From contig NC_045707.1 of the NCBI RefSeq assembly GCF_009834535.1, positions 52,206,001-52,270,000 on the forward strand: a DNA stretch of 64,000 nt, read 5' to 3'. The notes below the pieces were generated by a model. That model made no database searches, had not been told where the DNA came from, and was given only the letters and a program-made list of their open reading frames with translations. Every line of letters starts with the position of its first letter. Position 1 is the stretch's first letter. The DNA is from Camelus ferus. Taxonomy: Eukaryota. The position numbers and the translations under genes were made by a program. Below, one piece after another: positions 43,701-57,924 of this stretch.

Positions 43701-45085
43701 AGGAAGATGCCCCATATCACGTATCACCAAGAAAATGCAAATTAAAAGAACAATGAGATTGCTTATTAATATAAAGCATACCTTGTTTTATTACTCTTCA
43801 CAGATACTGTGTTTTTTCACAAATCAGAGGTTCACAGCAACTCTGTTGAGCAAGTCTACTGATACCATTTTTACAACAGCATTTGCTCACTTTGTGTCTC
43901 TGTGTCACATTGGTAATTCTCATAGTATTTCAAACTTTATTATTATATTTGTTATGTGACCTGTGATTAGTAATCTTTGATTTTACTATTATATTGTTTT
44001 GTGATATTTTAGCAATAAAATATTTGATTAAATTGTGTACATCTTTATACATGATATGATTGCACCAATAATAGACTATAGCATAAACAGAACTTTTATA
44101 CAGTGGGAAACCAACAGATTCATGTGAGTTGCTTTATTGTAATATTTGCTTTACTGTAGTGGTCTGAACGCTGACCACCAACTGAACGCACAGAATCTTG
44201 GAGGTATACTTGTGCACAATTATTAAAATGGCCAAATCAGGAACATTGACAACACCAAATGCTAAGAAGGATATGGAGCAATAGGAACTCTCATTCATTG
44301 CTGGAGGGAATGCAAAATGGTACAGCCACTTTGGAAGACAGTCTGGTGGTTTCTTACCAAACTAAACATTCTTTTGCCATGTAACCCAGCAATTGCACTC
44401 CTTGGTATTCACTCGAATTAGTTGAAAATTTATGTTCAAGCAAAAGCAAGCACATGGATGTTTATAGCACCTTTAGGCACAATTGCCAAAAACTTGAAAG
44501 TAACCAAAATATCCTTCAGTAGATACATAAACTGTGGTATATCCAAACAATGGAATATAATTCAGCACTAAAAATAAATGAGCTATCAAGCCAGGAGAAG
44601 ACTTGGAGGAAACTTAAATGCATATCACTAAATGGAAGAAGGTAGTCTGAAAAGACTACATACTGTATGATTCCAACCCTATAGCATTCTGGAAAAGGTA
44701 AAATAATGGAGACAGTAAAAGATTAGTGGTTGTCTGAAACTGAGATAGTGAAGGATGAATAAGTAAAGTACAGAAGATTTAGAGGGCAGTGATAATACTC
44801 TGTATACCATAATGATGGATATTTGTCATTATACATTTGTCCAAATCCACTGACTGTACAGCACCAAGAGTGAACGTTAATAAAATACGGATTTGGTTGA
44901 TGATAATGCGCCCGTGTCAGTTGATCAGTTGTAGCAAAGGTACCACTCTGATCGGGGACACTGATGACAGGGGAGGCTATAAATTTGTGGGAGCAAGAGG
45001 CATATAGGAAATCCCAGTACGTTCCCCTCAGTTTTGCTGTGAGCTTAAAAATGCTTTAAAACAATGAAGTCTTAATTTTTAAAAA
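40745..45085 (+). mobile_element. L1MC1-like element, decayed ORF2 (endonuclease to 3'UTR), about 4.3 kb including nested Tigger
   Basis: ORF 40979-41218 resembles the L1 endonuclease (FFSSVHVTFTKI..LGH); RT-region motifs; 3'UTR ending cagttttgctgtgagcttaaaaatgctttaaa. Confidence 0.93.
43773..44212 (+). mobile_element. Internally deleted Tigger1 derivative (TcMar-Tigger) nested in L1
   Basis: TIR-like ends aagcatacct...aggtatacttg; left arm agcatttgctcactttgtgtctctgtgtcacatt, right arm gggaaaccaacagattcatgtga; L1 resumes on both sides. Confidence 0.9.
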
Positions 45086-48039
45086 TATTACCATATCTGC
45101 TGTGCTGGCTTTATTAATTGATACCTACACTACTAAATTAGTTTTATTTTTAATATCCTTAATAATTATAGTTTCTACTATTGTGAAGAGTAACCCTACA
45201 CTAGCAGCATAAAACCAAAAACTTCTCCACAAAATCTGAAGATGTGCTCTATTTTCATCTTGAAAGGCCTGTGCATGGTGAAGTGAGCTGTAGGGCCAGA
45301 AATGTCTCGTTTCTAATCTCAGTTTAGTAACTTGCTTAACTGAAGTTAATTTCCTCATTTATAAAAACGGAATAAATAGTATGCATAGTATATAGTAAAT
45401 AGTATGAATAGTGTGTGTTTGCTATTGAGTAAATATTTACTAAATGGCCACTGCTGTTGTTGCTGTTATTATTTAAACTCATCAAAGGATGTAATCCCCT
45501 TTAAGTGATATGAAGTCTCTGTTTTTATTGCCCTGTGGTTGGCACCTATTGGATATACTGTAAAGTCATCTGAGTGCTGGGCAATTTGTACTGCGTGCAG
45601 TTACAAACTTATTCTTACCACATCATCACTTTCAGCACACGCTTCCAGAGATCAAGTTCTTCAGTGTTTCCATATCATCTGTGAGTTAAATTCAAATCCT
45701 TTGCATAAAATTTAAACACTCTGTAGTCTGGCTTCAGCACATTGTTGATGTTCCCTGCTGAAACCTGCACTAGATCCAAATGCATCTCTCATTCTTTATA
45801 TGTATTCCTTGTCATATCTTTTCTACCTTTTCCACAAAAAGGCGAATTACCTTGACATAGTTCCTCAATGATAGGGTGACAGAGTTTTTATTTTTCTGTC
45901 AACACAACCTAACACAATGTTTGAAACCTACTGAACACTCAAACTATATTTGTTGAATGCATGAATAAAATTTACAGTTAGGTACACCAGTAGTTGTCTA
46001 TGTGAAGACTTCACTGAATAAATTAATAATAAGATGTTAAAAAGGTGGAAGTAGGGCAGAAGGGAAGCAGAATAGGGAATTTTAATAGCCTTCATGTTGT
46101 TCAATAGTTATTATCCATTAAAGAAGCTTAGTTCATCTCTTATTTATTGACTTTCTCACTATGATTTTTCTCAGCTATTCAGATCTGCTCTACTATAGTT
46201 CATTAACTCCATGCACAATAGAGAACTGCCATCACTTCCAAAAATACTATTTTCTTTGTGATGGCATTTTCCCCCATATAATCAATATTTAGTCTAAAAA
46301 TGCACAGAAATATTATACATTTCTTCTTTGATCTGCTCTGAGATACCATTTATCCACTTTTCCAAAGTCTAAATAATTGATTTTTAAATGCATATATGGG
46401 GAAAAATAAAAATTCAACATGAGATGTATACCATAAGAATGGTATAGATATAGCCTGGTCTGTTACACTTTCTGATCTACAACACTCTGCAGTCATGATA
46501 AGTGCTCACAGTAGGGTCAGTCACAGGCTGCTGTTTGAATCCTTAAAGCTGAGTCAGTTTGTTTAAGCAAAGTTTGAAGAATTGAGTGCATTTAGTTTAG
46601 AAATGTTACAGTGAAAATAAAAATGGGTTTGTAATCAAACACATTCTAGATCTGTTTCCTTTTCAATCTTTGTACTAATAGTTACTAATGTGAACGATGT
46701 TCTTAATATGTCTTGGCCTCAGATTTCTCATTTATAAAGATATAACAAGGTTTGGTGTTTAGTTTTACTGTGAAAATTAAATGAGCTAACATATAGAAAT
46801 AATGTTAACACTAGAGTTATATAAATAGTAACTGCCTTCTCTTGCCTTTTGCAGTAATTTTCTTATAATTGGTTATTCATATTAGATATATGTGTGTATT
46901 TATGTATATATTTAATTTCATTTATAATTCAATAACTTCCAAAATGGAATATGAGGTTGTTTAGTAATATAGCTATTCCATCATTTAAACTGCATGTTTG
47001 TTGATCATCTACAATATGCAAATTGATGTGTTGGGTGTGATAAATCTAGTAACAGAAGAAAAATTTGGTACTAAATACAGGGCAGAGGAAGAGCTATAAT
47101 AAGACGCTGCAGTTGATGCAAGCTATTGTAATTGAATGTAAAATTGTCTGAAATACATGGCACGTCAGTTTATCACATGTATTTGATTAAATGCAACACT
47201 CCATAGTCTAATTACTTTGTTTTGGATTGCTACTATATAAGGAATTACCATATAAAAATATAGAATACTTCACATAGACTTGGGCTATCTGGACATAGAA
47301 ACTTTTAGAGCAGAAGTATGTCCTATTCTTTCAGTAGGTGAACTGCATAATTCATCATTTCTCTAATAATGTCATAAGAAGAAACTGCCACTGTTTTTCA
47401 TTTGTACTTCTGTATCTAATATGTAACAGTAGAATATGTGATTTTAAAGTATTAGTTTTCTTAGAGATTAATTGCTTTTCTCCTCTTTAAGAAGAAGTAG
47501 GAGACATATTATAGGATTAAGATACTCCAGGGTGTGTTTTATTGATCCACTAATACATGATTTGGGTGGTTAAAGCACTTAGCCTTTAGGTTTGTAGCTC
47601 ATGAGATACCCTAGGCATGAATAAATGGAAAAATAAAATGTACCCTGGAGTGTCTTGATGTCATATTAAAAATAATAAAACACATGAACTGATATATTCT
47701 GAATGCAAATAAAGAAAAGGTTAGCTATACAAACATTCAAATACTCTGAATTGGATTAAATTGATACTTTAAAAAAGCTTAATAATATCGTTATGTACAT
47801 AAAATTTTATTCAACTTGACATAGTTTGTTAAATTTTTTTTCTAAAAGTCATTTAATGGACTTGGAAAAAAAGAAATCTTGATCAACTTTGAAAAACCCA
47901 AAAGCAAACGTTGAATACTTAAGTGCAGAGGTATTCTACAGAAACATTCTTAACATCTCCACTTTCCAAAAGAATGTTTCTTTTATGATTTGTTACATTA
48001 TTTAACTTCTAGGTCTTGTTCTCAATTCTGGGTTAATTT

Positions 48040-48785
48040 ATTTTTATTTAATTCACTTTAAAATGTATGGCACACTTTCAACATGACAAAACTGGGCCAG
48101 GAACTGTGCTAAGTACCGAGGACTGAGAGATGAATAAAATACATCCCCCACCTTTGATTATTCACAGTCAAGTAGAGAAAAACAACATGTAACTAATTCC
48201 ATACAAAGAGAAAAGTGCTATAATTCAAAGTCCTGTCTACTCCTGCCTTCGGGATAGAGGGAGGCTTTACAAATGACACATAAAAAAAAAAAACCCACAA
48301 AATAAAAGGATTTAAAAGTAAGGAGAAAGGCAGCAGTGGGGCTGATGAGGTGAGTCCCTATCACCGAATGAGAAATGTTCTGTGACCTGCGCAGTTTTGA
48401 ATTTCTCCCTAAAGGCAATAGAAGACTACCAAATGCTTTTGTTGTTGCTTTATTTTATTTATTTATTTATTTTTACCATGGGAATCATAGGAGCAAATTT
48501 ATCTTTCAGAAAGCTCCCTCTAGCAGCCATGTGGAAGATTGATTGTCCTGGAGTGAGGCGATTACCAAAGTTTAAGTGAGAGATGGAGAGGGACCGAAAA
48601 GAGTGGGAAGGAAATGAAGAGCAGAATTTGAGAGAAATGTCTGCGTTAAAGCTTTCCCCCTTCCTAATAACTCCCAGGGACAGCAAGTCTTAGTGACTAT
48701 GACGATCTAGGATGTTGGGGTAAAGTGCAAGAAGGAAAGGAAGAAGAATTTTGGAATATTTAGTCCTCTTTAACTGGAGCAGTCA
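48040..48785 (-). mobile_element. Degenerate L2 fragment
   Basis: gccaggaactgtgctaagtac...gatgaataaaat; ttcagaaagctccctctagcagccatgtggaagattgattg; cagaatttgagaga. Confidence 0.7.
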
Positions 48786-50849
48786 CTAATACTAGTATCG
48801 AGGAGTAAACACCTTTTGCAATTTTATTATTTGCAAGTCTCAGTGTAAATTTTATTTCCTCTGGGAAATATTTCCCAAGTCAGCTGGTCTAAGATCCCAG
48901 TGTCTCTCTCTTTCTGTGTGTCTCTCTGTCTCTCTCTCTCTAAACCTTGCATACTTTAGTGAAGTCATTTTGACATGCTATTGAAAGGGACTGCCCTCCC
49001 CACCCCCCAAAAGTAGTAAACTTTGAGAAAACAGGAGCCCTGTCTTATTTACCTATTTCTAGGACTTAGCATAATGCATTTCATAGGATATAGTCAAGCA
49101 ATACTACTGGAATAAATGTACTTGGGGAATTATGCATGCATATTGACTCAGAGAACTTTTGGAGATTAGATAGGAAAATATTTTTTAAAACCCCAGCAGA
49201 AAACACATACTGAAAAGCAGTAGAGCTTCTTTACTGAGTGATGAGCCTCATTCATAGACATTTTGCCCTCAATACTCTGCTGCTCCCACAATGATCTTTC
49301 AGCTCTGTAAATCTAGCTGGGTTATTTCCTTCGTTAGCACGCATCTACACTTCTCCATTACTTTCTAAAGGAGATTCAACTCCCTTAGTAGTGGAGAAAC
49401 AAAGTCATTCAAGATCTGATAACTGCTTACATCTGGAAGTTCATTGAAGGTCACCACCAGCCAAGTTTTCACATACAACATATGGTTCAATTATACTGAG
49501 TGCTTGCATTTTTCTTACACATCATGTTTACTCACTCCTTGATATTTTGTACATGGTGCTTCCTCAAGCTGAAAATTTCTGTTTATCTTTCAAGTTTCAG
49601 TGCAGGTATCACCCCTGGTGGAAGAGTTCCCTATCACTCCCTGTCTGAATGAGATGTTCTGCTTTTTTTCCCCATAATGTATCAATATCGTAACATCTAA
49701 TACACCGTATCATTACCTCGTGACACTTTTAACTGTGTAGTTCACCTCATTTTTAGCCCAGTTTAGTGTTACAGAGTTGACACTCAATCACTTTTGAATG
49801 AACAGGAAACGAAGTTTCTTATTGATGCCCTGATTCAACTGCTTTCTAATAAATCACTTATTTATGTATCATTAAGTCACTCTTGTATTCTAAAAGAGAA
49901 GTAGTAAATCCAAAAAATAGTGCACTGAATTTTTTTTTTTTTTGAGTTAGGACACAAAAATTAGAAAAGGAAGAAGAAACTATTCACTAAAACCTAAAAC
50001 AATACCGATTAGGAATTTAGACCAGTAGAGATCAGAGAAAATTGTACCAAATCTGTGTTTACAAAGTAAGTTAAACACCATTAAAGAATCTAACAGCTGA
50101 AGAGTCAACTGAAGCTTAAAAAGAGATAGCTCTTTAAATTCAGCGGCAGACATTTTATATTCATTTTTCAAATCAGCAAGGAAAAATACATTATGTAAGG
50201 TGAAACTACAGAAATGCATAAAATATTCTTTTATATTTTGTCAGTGTTGCTGGAAAGTGATAATATGTAACTTTATTTTACATAAGGTGAATTCCGAAGG
50301 AACAAGGCAAACATCAACTTATAGCAGAGAGGAGAAAAGAATGCTTTGGTCTTAGAACCATATCCAATTATTGTCCTGCCAACATGATGCTCTTTTTCAA
50401 TAGACACCTCGCACTGATGCCACGAACATTTGAAAATATTGGATAAACTACCATAAACTAAATAGTAAATGTGTAGTTGAGTGCAAAAGAAGACGTGAAA
50501 GGGAAATCCCTAGGTGCCACAAAGAAGGAACTTAAGGCTAGATCAGTAACCCTTTGAACTGAATCAGTAGCATCTGGTAGCCAGGTATGATACCAGAATC
50601 AGATATACTTCCTGAGTGAACTGGGTGTTTAAAGTGCAGAATAGAAAGGAGAAATGGGCTTGTGAGAGAAAGGACCTTGTAAATGTACTACAGGAAAGAA
50701 GCAAGGAAGTTTAACTATCCTCAGGGATCTTTCTAGGAAAAACAAATCTGCTGTGAAAACCTGAAAAAAAACAAGTTCACAGCATTTTCTGGGCACAGAG
50801 TTGACATTTACATTACATATATGATGTGGAAATTTGAAGACAAGAGATC

Positions 50850-51000
50850 AGTAGCAAAAACAACAGAAAAATGAGTAACAATGACAAACTGGTCTTCATT
50901 TAGTGAAACCCCTGAAAGGCAGAAGGAAAGCAAATGAAAACGGGATCTGAAGAGAGCCTCCCCTGTATGCCCCAGGTTCCTGCAACTGTGCAACATAATG

Positions 51001-51059
<59 letters not shown>

Positions 51060-52650
51060 CCAAATCAAAGGAAAGAATGTAGATTAAAACACAAATGAAG
51101 GTCTATACCCTCTAAAACGGTAGACAAGTTTGAAAGAGACTATAAAATCAGGACACATAAAATGGTTAAAGGAATAAAAGAAAAAAACTAAAACACATAT
51201 AATGATGAAACAATTTGGTTTGAAGAGAAAGGACATTTGCAAAATAATCAAGTAGAATTTTTGGCAATGACATATATAGTCAATAAAATAAAACCTTAAT
51301 TGATAAGTTAAGCAGCAGATTAGACATATCTAAAAAGAAAGATCATTTAAATGTAGTTAAGATTTTAAAAAAAATTTTAAAATTCAGCCTAGAAGAATAA
51401 AGCACAAAACTATGAATAAAAAAGTTAGGAGATACAGAAAATAGAGTTAGAAGCACCAACATAAGAGAAACAGATAATGTGTGAGAAGTAGTATTTAAAG
51501 TTATAATTCAGAGAGTTTCCCAGAACAGATGAAAGTCATAAATTGTCAGGTTGAAGAATCAAATATGATCTTGATCTCAAAGCAAAGATAACAAAGCCAC
51601 ATCTAAACATGTAACTGAAAAACATGCAATATAAGAGAAAACTAGCAATGGCATACTGTTTACAAAGATATTAGAATTTTAGCAACAGCTGACTTCTTAC
51701 GAGAAACAGAATCCTTAAAATCCAGTATCTTCAAATGTATGTGGGAAAATGACTGTCAATCTGGAATTCTGTATCAAGAAGAGAATGGAGAGGGGAGAAG
51801 TTCTCTTTCCTTTAGGAGTTTACTGTCTGGTGGAACAAAGTTAGGTAAGAGCACGGAGTGTTCGATCCAGCTAAACTCTAAGCTCAGTGATGACAAGGAC
51901 TATATTTGCCTATTGTGTTTGCCCTTGTATCCACTGCAAGCCCTGGAACTAGTGTATGTCTTATAGGTAGCAGATTCTCAGAAATAAGTACTGAAGAGAC
52001 GAGGGGACAGGAGAGGAGAAAAGAAGAAGAGGAGGCCAAAATAAAGTTATTTTCAAAAAAAAGTCCTAAAAATTACATCAAGACCCTCATTCAAAAACCA
52101 GATAAATTTGTACTTTAATTGGAAACAGTTAACCCAGAAAGACAAAGATGAACACAAAAGCAATGATGAGCAAATAAATTAGTAAATTTTTTGGCTGCAA
52201 AATAAGAAAAAAAGGAGCAATGAAAAGAATCATACTGATTAATAGGAAGTTTATAAGCAAGTTGTCACTTTAAGACCAACTTCTGTGAAGGATGTGGTTC
52301 TTTTGGTTCTTTTGTTCTTGGAATGTGCTAATGCTGGGAGAGATACTGAAGTAGCTTTAGATATAGTTGAATACAATAAACAAATTGCAATTTAATGATC
52401 ACTAAAATAATAGAGAATTTATAATTTCCAAGTTAATAAAGGGAAAACACAAAAAGCAGACTCTTTCAATAGAGAGGATTTTATAAAATGAAGAAAGAAT
52501 GAAACCATGTTATATATGAGACAAAAAATAAAATAATAGATGTGTTTACCTCATTAGTAATTAAAACAAATGTAAACAGCTTAAATGTAAATAGAATAAG
52601 TTCACTGATTAATAGATTATGTAATTAATTAGGGTAAACAAAAATAACTA
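50850..52650 (+). mobile_element. Very old L1 5' region / ORF1 remnant (interrupted by an L2 3' end at about 51870-51995)
   Basis: A-rich ORF1-like motifs agcagcagattagaca, agaagcaccaacata, gagtttcccagaacagatgaaag, acagctgacttct, tggaattctgtatc. Confidence 0.6.
51004..51055. repeat. (CA)26 microsatellite
   Basis: Directly visible perfect repeat. Confidence 0.97.
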
Positions 52651-52679
52651 GTTTTTTTTAATAAACCTGTGTGAGAGTT

Positions 52680-55600
52680 TTCCTCCCTGAGTTATATGCC
52701 AGCATGTATGATTTCTGGATCTCAGAATACATATGCACGCTTCATGTTATTAAGTATTTCCTTTTGATGTCCCGATTGACTGCATAAAGCTATACTGTCT
52801 TGTTCTTCACAGTGCTTTTCCTTAGCCAACAATCTGGTGAGTGTAAAGTAGCATTTTATTGTTTTTGTTTAAATTTTATAGATAAGCGATGAGGTTGGAA
52901 CTCATATCTCATACTCGTTAGCTAGGCAAGCGTTCTCTTCTGTGAATAGCATTAATATTTAACTAAGTTTTTTTTTATCTTTTTATTATTGATTTGTATA
53001 ATTTTCTTGTATATTTTGGCTATAATTTTATTGCCCATTTTAGACATTGCAAATTTTTTCTTAATTTGCCACCTGTTATCTTTGTCTTTTGTAGAACACA
53101 ATTCCTTAATTTTGTTTTAGCAAATACTGGTAGTTCATGTATTACGGTTTGAGGTTATTAATTCTTGTTTAAAAAATTGCTCTACAACCAAGGTCATAAA
53201 AATATACTTTGCCATTATTTTTTTATTAGCTTTGTGATGTTACTTTTTAACACTTTTAAATATAATGTCAGCTGCAGCATTTTTTTAGTTACTCTTTATT
53301 ATTTTAAAGAAGTCCACTTCTATTCCTAGGTTGCTGAGAGATTAGTTTTTTAATGGATGTTGAATTGCCTCAAATGCATCGAATATTGATAGGATCATGT
53401 GTTTTTTCTCCTTTAGTGTACTAATAGGAATGTCTAGTTAATTGATTTTCAAACATTGACTCATTTTTACATTCCTGGGTTATTGCTGGTCTAATGTGCT
53501 AAATTTTATAGATGATTTTCACATCTGTGTTGATGAGGTATATTGTTTTGTAGTTTTCCTTTGTTATAAATCTTTGTCTTGTTTTAATATCCAAGAAATG
53601 CTAGCCTCAAAAAACAGACTGAGAAGTATTCCCTCTTATTTAATTTTCTGAAAGAGACTCTGTAGGGTTAGTATAATTTCTTCCTTAAATAGTTGTTAAA
53701 ATATGCCAGCTAAATTATCTACTCCTGCGGTTTTCTTCAAACATGTTTACAAACTCAATTGATTTTATAAATACATGACTGCTGAGGATAACTATTTCTT
53801 TTTGTATAAAATTTGATAGTTTTGTTTTTCAAGGAATTGGTCCATCTATTCAAAGTTACTGAATTTATAGGTAAAATTATTAATAATCTTTCTTATTGTC
53901 CTTTTATCTTTTTATTATACATTTAATGGCTGTGAGCTCTGCAGGGGTCTTCCTCTTTCATTACTGATGTTGGTAATTTTTCTCTTTCTCTGTCTCTCTC
54001 TTTTTTTTTTTTCCTCTATGTCTCTTCTAATTGATCTGGAAAAAGCTTTATCAACATTATCAAAATATGAAACTTTCAAAGAACCAACTTGTGGTTCTGC
54101 TGATTTTATATATCGTTTTTCTGCTTTTACTTTTAGTGGTTTTAAACCTTACCTTTATGACTTTATTTATTCTTCTTGTGTTAGGTTTTCTTTTTCTCTT
54201 TATTGTTTAGTTTTTTAATATAGAAGTTTCGGTTATTGATTTGCAACATATCTACTTTTCTAATATAAGCATTCAATGATATAAAATTTCCTCTGAACTC
54301 TATTTTAGCTGTGTCTCACACATTTTAATATGTTGAATTTTATTTTTAATTCAGTTTAAAATAATTATCAATTACTCTTGAGATATCTTTTTGACCTCTA
54401 TAAATTATTCCCAAGTGTGCAGCGTTGGTGGTATAGTGGTGAGCATAGCTGCCTTCCAGGTGTGTTGTTTAATGTTCAAATATTTTGCAATTTTTACAGA
54501 TGTATTACTGTTACGTATTTCTAGGTTAACTCTATATCTGGAATGAGAGCACACTTCGTATAATTTTAATTCTTTTAAATTTGTTAATGTTTGTTTTGTT
54601 ATCCAAAATATGATTTATCTTTATAAATGTTCCAGATACACATGAGAATAATGTATAATCTGTAGTTGCTGAGTATGGTTTTAAATTAGATGATAATATT
54701 GGTCAGGTCTTCTATATCCTGGATGATTTTCTGTGTATTTATTCTATTGATTCATATTTACAGGAATGTTGAAGTCTCTGAGTCAAATTGTGGGTTTTTC
54801 TGTTTATCTTTTAGTTCTATCTGTGTTTTTCTTCATGAATGTTAAGCAGTCTTTAGGTTCACTCACATTTAGTATGGATATACCTGCTTGAAGAGTTCCC
54901 TTTTTTGTCTTTATGCAATTTGTTTTTGTCATTGGTAGTTTTCTTTATTCAGAAACCTACTTCAGTTGATATTAACATAGTCACTACAGCTTTCTTTTGA
55001 TTACTGTTACTACATTTTAAAAACTTGTTTATATAATTATATTTAAAGTGTGTTTCTTGTACAGTACATATCTGGGCCTTATTTTGTTGTTCTTACTGTT
55101 TTAATCCAATCCAACAATAAGAATTGTCTTCTTATTTACATTTAATGTAGTTATTGATATGGTTGGATTTAGGTTTATCCTTTTATTGTTAGCTTCCTCT
55201 TTATCCTCTCTCTTTTTTTTTTCTTTTGGTGGTGTTTCTCTAGTACCACTTTTATGCTTTATCTTGAATTATGTGAATATTTCTAGTAATCCATTTTATT
55301 TTTCAACTTTCAGATACATATATTGATGTGGGGTTGCTCTAGGAATTAAAGCATATGAACATAACTTTTTACGATCTATATAAAATTAATATTTTCTTAC
55401 TTCAAATAAAAGGCAGATACCTTACCACCACATAGGTCCCTTTATTTACTAATTCCCCTCCTGTATGGAGTAAGTATAATATGGATTATGTCTATGTACT
55501 TTGAAAATTTACTCACTTTTTTTTTTTTGCTTTCAACACTCATGCATATTTTAAAGAATTTAGTGACAACATGTAATATTTTATTTACCTAGCTATTTCT

Positions 55601-57597
55601 ATTAATTTTCCATCAGTTCCAAGGTTCTGGATTTTTCTGTAACCTTTTCCCTTCTGTTTAAAGAATTTCCTGTACCAATTCTTTGAGAGCAAGTCTATCA
55701 GCAAAAGAATCTGCTGGTTTTATTTTTTCTGTGAATGTTTTTAATCTGCTTTCATCCTTAAAGGATATTTTTGCTGTGTATAGAAATCTGTGTTATTAGT
55801 TCTTTTCTTTCAACACTTTTTAAAAAATGCTGTTCTTCTGTCTTCTTATCTTATGTAATATATTATTTATCTTCACCTGCCTAGAAGATTTTGTCTTTTT
55901 CTTTAGTTTTCAGCAGTTTAAGATGTGGCTGTATGTGGTTTTCTTTCTGTTTGTTTTATCTGAGTTTCTTTTAATTTCTTAGTTTGTAAATTTATGTTCT
56001 TTACCAAATCTGGAAGATATGCAGCTTTTATTTCTTCAAACACTTTTTCTGTATTAATCTCTTTTTCCTTACTTTCTGGAACACCAGTGACATCTTGTGA
56101 TACTGTGTCAGAGGTCCCTTGGATACCTATATATGTTCAAACTTTATTCTCTCTTTTGTCCAAATTGGATAATTTCATTTACTCTATCTTCAAGTTCTCT
56201 GATTCTCTTCTCTGTAAATTCATTTCCAGTTAATATTTTAATTTGTGGTATTGTAATTTTAGGTCCAAAGTTTTCAATGGTTTCTTCTTTATAACTTCTG
56301 TTCCTTTCTTGAGAACTTCTAACATTCCACACATTTCAAGAGTTTTTTGTTTTCACAGAGACAATACTATAATAGACGCTTTAAAATATTTATTGATGAT
56401 ACCAACATAAGTTATCTTGGAGTCATTGTCTTTTAAATAGATGTCTCCTTGAGAGTTGTTAAAGTATACCTAGTTCCTTAATGTATTGATTAATCTAGAG
56501 TTGTATTCCTGGGTATTTTCAATATTATATGGGACTCTGGGTCTTATTAAAATCCTCAGGAGAATTTTCTTTGTTTTATTTGTTTCAGCATTGAGTCAAT
56601 CTGGTTAGGTTCAGACTGAATGCTATGAGCCAACTTCTATTCGCTAGTGTACCAATATCAGTATAGTTGCCAAAGCTTTGGCTGTCATATTCTGGTCCAC
56701 AACACATGTCCACCAACCAGGGGCTAATTTGTCACCTGAAAAGTCATTTACTTTATATGATAAGTTCTCAAAGCTTTTAAAGTGTTGATTCAGGTCATTT
56801 CCAAGCATGCACACTGTGAGGGTGAGCCATGGACTTCATGTCCAGATTTAAAGAATTGCTTTCTCTAGCTTCATTTTTCTCAGTAGCACCAGTGGCCTCA
56901 GTTTTGACATTTTTATTACTATGCCAGCGTATTAGCATCACTAACTTCGTAATTTCTACAACTGGGTTCAACTTGGAGCAAAGTAGCAAGAGAGAAAAAA
57001 AGGAAAGAAAGGGTATTCATCCCACGCTTTTCATATGACAAGGGCCTCTTTCCTGTTTATCTGTTAGGAGAGTGGGTTTTTTGTTTGTTTGTTTCTTCCC
57101 TGAGAGTCTTAGGTGCTTGCAGGTCCACTGATGCCACTGCCCTCTGTCACTGCCATAGGAGTGTAGCTTCATGACTGGAACCTGGCTTGGGCCAGAGCTG
57201 GGAGAGTGAAAAAAAATCAGAAGCATGAGCATTTCCTCCCATGTTCTCCATCCTGTAACGATCCCTCTTCCTCCACCAGCTTCCTAGTTTTCTGCACCAG
57301 AAAAAGACAGGTTTTCTTTCAGTTTTTGCTGCCTGCACCTGCTGCACAATCTCAGGATTTAGGATGCTCTATTGTCTAAGCTACAAGAGATGGGAGAAAA
57401 AATAAAACAGGGAACTCACCCCCATACATGTCCTTCATCTTTGAGTTTTAATTTCCTTCTCATGCTGCTTGCTACTATTTATTTTTTCAGAGCCTAAAGA
57501 TAGTTGTTTATTTATTCTGCCCAGGGTTTTTAATTTTATCCAGTGAGAGGGATAGAGTGATATGTATTTACTCTGTCTTAGCCAATTCTAGAAGTCC
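52680..57597 (-). mobile_element. Old L1 sequence including 5'UTR, ORF1 and 5' ORF2 remnants (possibly more than one element)
   Basis: T-rich L1 antisense motifs ttctattcctaggttgctgagag, ttttcaaggaattggtccat, tttcctctgaactctattttagctg, ggaatgttgaagtctc; ORF 56144-56332 resembles the ORF1 coiled coil (EKRIRELEDRVNEIIQ); 5'-end-like tcttagcc...agaagtcc. Confidence 0.8.
54422..54458 (+). pseudogene. 5'-half tRNA-Gly(TCC) tailless retropseudogene
   Basis: GCGTTGGTGGTATAGTGGTGAGCATAGCTGCCTTCCA matches the first 37 nt of mammalian tRNA-Gly-TCC as I recall it; ends just after the anticodon; flanked by ccaagtgtg / ccaggtgtg. Confidence 0.9.
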
Positions 57598-57614
57598 TAC
57601 TTTATATTATAAAC

Positions 57615-57810
57615 AAATAATTGCTAGTATCTGCTGTTTGGAGACAGGCATTGAAAGTGGGAGGCCATTTAAGAGGCAATTATATTAATCCAGGTGAAAG
57701 ATGTTGATAGCTCAATGGAAGTATTGGGGAGCAGATTGATTCTGGATGTATTTCTAAGGTAAAATCAGCAGAATTTCCTAACAAATTAATACAGTGTGTG
57801 AGAGGAAGTC
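57615..57810 (-). mobile_element. L2 fragment
   Basis: gggaggccatttaagaggcaatt...aatccaggtgaaagatg...gattctggatgtatttctaaggtaaaatcagcagaattt. Confidence 0.75.
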
Positions 57811-57924
57811 TTAAAAAATATGAGAAACTTCACTTTTGGCTCTGATGTCATATAAGAGTCCAACAAATACAGATAAAACACCTTGGGAAATGCTGGGTAA
57901 AGTGAAAACCAAAAAAAAAAAGAT

